DNA of 59,394 nucleotides, filler included. It is 6 parts of 6 records of this genome, joined end to end, with 100 filler letters (N's around TTAATTAATTAA, not from the genome) between each part and the next. Parts side by side here need not be neighbours in the genome. Positions count along the whole stretch, not along the records: positions 52,105 to 59,394 come from SRR31156797_14161; 5 more parts are not named here. One strand, given 5' to 3'. The number at the start of each line of letters is the position of its first letter. Positions within the stretch are counted from its first letter, which is position 1. Both the position numbers and the translations under genes were made by a program. Positions 56,339 through 59,394 of this stretch are shown here, piece by piece. The notes under the pieces are model-generated. The model had not been told where the DNA came from. It saw only the letters and a program-made list of their open reading frames with translations, and did not search any database.

Positions 56339-59302
56339 TTGAGCAACCAAGACAGGTTTAAAGTGAGCGAAATAGAAAGCAGCCCGGTAAAGAAATTGAC
56401 TCCTTCCGGTTTTGAACGCATCGAGTTTCATCGACAAAGCGTGGCCTTGCTTCCCCGGGACGGCGACAAAACTCCCGGGTGCGCCATGTTGGTGGTTGAA
56501 GAAAAATCCGGAATGGATTTGAGAATTTGCACCTGCGGAAAAATAAAAAAGAAAACCTGCCCGCATATCCTCGAGCTTTCAAACCTTTACCGGAAACTAT
56601 TAAAGAAATATCAAAACCGGTCCCCTTACGAAGCTTTCCGCGCCGGCATCTGGTTCACCATTGCTTCCATACTGGGCGACGAAGCCAGGGAAAAAGTAGA
56701 TTATGTGAAAGTAATTGCCCGGGGGAAAAACAATGACGGCTATCTGGTTATTTGCGGGCCGGACAACCGGGAACTGGTAAGATACTATTCAAGAAAAGGC
56801 GATGCGTTTCGACTGGCCCAAAGGTTGGGCAGCGTGCACGGGGGAGATGAAAACGACAACCGGGCCGCGATATTGGAAAGACTTTTTAATTACACGCTGA
56901 CCGAAAATGAAAGAATGATGAAGGATAGGGGCTTCCCTACGTTTCGCATGATTTTCGAACAGTCGTTTTGGCACAGGCTGGCCTATCATTGTTTCAGGGA
57001 ATTCGGTTCCGCTGACGTATCCTTAAGACCCGCGGTAAATGAAAGAAGCGGTGAATTTACCATCACGGCCTTGGATTCCGACGGGAATGATATCTGCCGG
57101 ATCGCCGTTCCCGGGAATAAGGTCAAAACAGTTTTGAAAACTCTGGAAAGAAAATTGCCCAACCAAAAAGGCCTGGCTATTCACCCCATTCCTCTCAGGT
57201 CAATTTTCAAGGTCAGCGTAAATACCGAGCTGGATCTTGAGGTCAGGCCGACCATCCGCATGCTCCAGGAAAACGGCGAAGAAATGTTTTTTGAAAGAGA
57301 GTCATTCGAACGCTTCCGGTACGGCGATTTGGTTTACGTGCGCGAACTGGGAATCATGGCTCAACTTGAAAGAGAAAACGGCAAGGAAAGGCGATTTGCG
57401 GCGCCGGTTAAAATGGTGCTGGCCAAATCCGAGGTCCCCGCTTTTCTGGACGAACATGGCGACGAGTTTCAAAATGAGGAATACATGGTCGATCCAGAAG
57501 TGGAGAGCTTACGAATTTACAAGGATTATGACCGGATCGAAATTTTGCCTGAAGCCCTGGATCGTGAATGGTGCTGGCTTGACATGCGCTACGGTTTCGG
57601 CGCCGAAGATATTTCCCTGTCGGACATTTTGGAGGCGCGCAGGGACAACAAGCGCTACTTGCCGACAGCCCGGGGGTGGATCGATTGCCGGGCCGATGTC
57701 TTTCACGGGTTGGAAGAAAGGGTCAGGCTGGAAGAGGGTCGTGACGGCCGGGTAGGGCTTAATCGCATGAACCTGCTGCGCCTGGGCGCATTAAGCGGCG
57801 CAAAAACAAGCGTTGCCGGCGGATCTGAAAAATCAAAATTGCTGAAGAGATTTTTTGAATTAAAACCCGCCCGCCCGGTTGATAAGCCTGAATGCCTGGA
57901 ATCCGAATTGCGGCCGTACCAGGTGCTTGGATTTGAATGGTTGTCCTTTCTTTCGGAAAACATGCTTGGCGGTCTTTTATGCGACGAAATGGGTTTGGGC
58001 AAAACCCATCAGGCCATGGCCTTGATGGCAAGCATGATGGAAGCAGGAAACCGGTCTCCAATGCTGGTGATCTGCCCGACAACGGTTTTAAGCCATTGGC
58101 AGGATAAACTGGCCAGGTATGCTCCGGGCCTGAAAGCATCTGTTTACCACGGCGCCGGCAGGAACCTGGCTGAAGTGCTCAAGGATAATACCGTGCTGCT
58201 GACTTCTTACGGAGTAATGCGCATTGATGCTGAAAATCTTGGTGAAGTCAACTGGTCGCTGGTGGTGTTTGATGAAATTCAGAATCTGAAAAATACCAAA
58301 ACAAAGAGTTTTGAGGCGGCGACAAAGCTTAACGGCGGGCTGAAAATCGGGTTGACCGGCACGCCCATTGAAAACAGCCTGGAAGACCTTAAAGCCCTGT
58401 TCGACCTTACCTTGCCCGGGTACTTCGGCAGAGACGACGATTTCCAGAAAAGATATTCAGTAGCTAAACGCGGCAACGATAATGACAGGGAAAAGGCGGA
58501 AATCAGGAAATTGATAACGCCGTTTGTCCTGCGCCGAAAAAAGGCGGCCGTGCTCACGGAACTGCCTGAAAAAATAGAAGACATTATGGCCTGCGAATTG
58601 AGCGAGAACCAGGTCCGCCTGTACAGGGAGGCCATTGATTCGCGGGGCGTAGGCCTGGCCGATACAATTCGGCGCGGCAATGAACCGGTCCCCTATATAC
58701 ACATTTTTGCTCTTTTGGGATTGCTCAAGCAGATCTGCAACCATCCGGCCCTGGTTGAAGGCGACTGGAGTAATTATGAGAACTTCGAGTCGGGCAAGTG
58801 GAATCTTTTCAAGGAGATCATGGAACAATGCCTGGCCGGAGATGAAAAGATCGTGGTTTACAGCCAGTACCTGGACATGATCAGGATAATGGAAAGTTAC
58901 TTTTCTACCCTGGGCGTCAATCATGTTACTCTGACCGGCCAAAGCCGTAACCGGGGGGATATTATTTCCAGGTTCCAGAACGATCCGGATTGCCGTATTT
59001 TCGTGGGCAGCTTAAAGGCCGGCGGCGTTGGCATCGACCTTGTAGCCGCTTCCGTGGTCATCCATTTTGATCGCTGGTGGAACGCGGCCCGTGAAGACCA
59101 GGCCACGGACCGAGTGCACCGCATCGGCCAGCGCAGGGGCGTGCATGTGTTTAAACTGGTTACATCAGGCACGCTGGAAGAAAAGATATCCGCGATTATT
59201 GAAAAGAAGCGCAGCCTCATGGAAGACGTGATCCAGGAAGACGACCCCGGCCTGCTAAAAACATTCAGCAAGGAAGAACTAATTGAGCTTTTGAGCTTTT
59301 AA
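56339..59302 (+). CDS. SNF2-family helicase with a SWIM-like Zn finger
   Basis: CTC..CPH; CDEMGLGKT, DEIQ, LTGTPIEN, LRRKK, SLKAGGVG and QATDRVHRIGQ. Start codon uncertain. Confidence 0.92.
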   Translation: MSNQDRFKVSEIESSPVKKLTPSGFERIEFHRQSVALLPRDGDKTPGCAMLVVEEKSGMDLRICTCGKIKKKTCPHILELSNLYRKLLKKYQNRSPYEAFRAGIWFTIASILGDEAREKVDYVKVIARGKNNDGYLVICGPDNRELVRYYSRKGDAFRLAQRLGSVHGGDENDNRAAILERLFNYTLTENERMMKDRGFPTFRMIFEQSFWHRLAYHCFREFGSADVSLRPAVNERSGEFTITALDSDGNDICRIAVPGNKVKTVLKTLERKLPNQKGLAIHPIPLRSIFKVSVNTELDLEVRPTIRMLQENGEEMFFERESFERFRYGDLVYVRELGIMAQLERENGKERRFAAPVKMVLAKSEVPAFLDEHGDEFQNEEYMVDPEVESLRIYKDYDRIEILPEALDREWCWLDMRYGFGAEDISLSDILEARRDNKRYLPTARGWIDCRADVFHGLEERVRLEEGRDGRVGLNRMNLLRLGALSGAKTSVAGGSEKSKLLKRFFELKPARPVDKPECLESELRPYQVLGFEWLSFLSENMLGGLLCDEMGLGKTHQAMALMASMMEAGNRSPMLVICPTTVLSHWQDKLARYAPGLKASVYHGAGRNLAEVLKDNTVLLTSYGVMRIDAENLGEVNWSLVVFDEIQNLKNTKTKSFEAATKLNGGLKIGLTGTPIENSLEDLKALFDLTLPGYFGRDDDFQKRYSVAKRGNDNDREKAEIRKLITPFVLRRKKAAVLTELPEKIEDIMACELSENQVRLYREAIDSRGVGLADTIRRGNEPVPYIHIFALLGLLKQICNHPALVEGDWSNYENFESGKWNLFKEIMEQCLAGDEKIVVYSQYLDMIRIMESYFSTLGVNHVTLTGQSRNRGDIISRFQNDPDCRIFVGSLKAGGVGIDLVAASVVIHFDRWWNAAREDQATDRVHRIGQRRGVHVFKLVTSGTLEEKISAIIEKKRSLMEDVIQEDDPGLLKTFSKEELIELLSF

Positions 59303-59394
59303 CCGGAATCAATCGTCCCCGCCAAATGGACTCGAATCTATTTACTTCTCGTGCCCGTGCTCTTCGCCAATGTTGTTGACTTAAGTATTAACAT

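Noticed and set aside
56339-59302. Anti-phage defence system built on the SNF2 helicase
   Set aside because: No nuclease, methylase or other defence partner nearby; solitary SWIM-SNF2 genes are common.
1-59394. A single cross-window system or horizontally acquired islands inferred from composition shifts
   Set aside because: The shifts coincide with identical artificial spacers, so the segments are separate contigs.

Overview
This is not one locus. It is six unrelated contigs joined by 100-nt N spacers that carry a TTAATTAATTAA linker (gaps at 11263-11362, 18242-18341, 24356-24455, 43849-43948 and 52005-52104), so gene context is only meaningful within a contig. Contig A (1-11262): OmpA/TSP3-repeat lipoprotein, PilZ protein, a tightly coupled six-gene cluster around a divergent GlmL-like protein, an S41 protease and a partial aminotransferase. 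Contig B (11363-18241, very AT-rich): a probable iron/metal operon with an uncalled 37-aa Cys-rich peptide, ASCH, SDR and HAD genes, an HTH-TPR regulator translationally coupled to an uncalled 46-aa signal-peptide ORF (RRNPP-like layout), an XRE gene, and a solute-binding pseudogene. Contig C (18342-24355): a sigma54 activator with its likely target operon (ABM, sulfatase, outer-membrane protein, Tat-exported binding protein). Contig D (24456-43848): CooC-like ATPase, flavin reductase, methyltransferases, two tandem nicotianamine-synthase-like genes, a beta-helix protein, a TonB receptor and a Nik/Opp ABC system, plus a hybrid kinase and a PRTase. Four promoter leaders in this contig share one GCC-ANGAA-GGC terminator element. 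Contig E (43949-52004): a Bacteroidota SusC/SusD/GH3 locus and the 3' part of tmRNA. Contig F (52105-59394): REP remnant, aminotransferase, SPFH protein, HAD and a SWIM-SNF2 helicase. The best leads are the RRNPP-like receptor/peptide pair, the repeated leader attenuator, the double-NAS metallophore locus and the GlmL-like membrane cluster. All family and taxon assignments come from motif recognition by eye; no searches were run.
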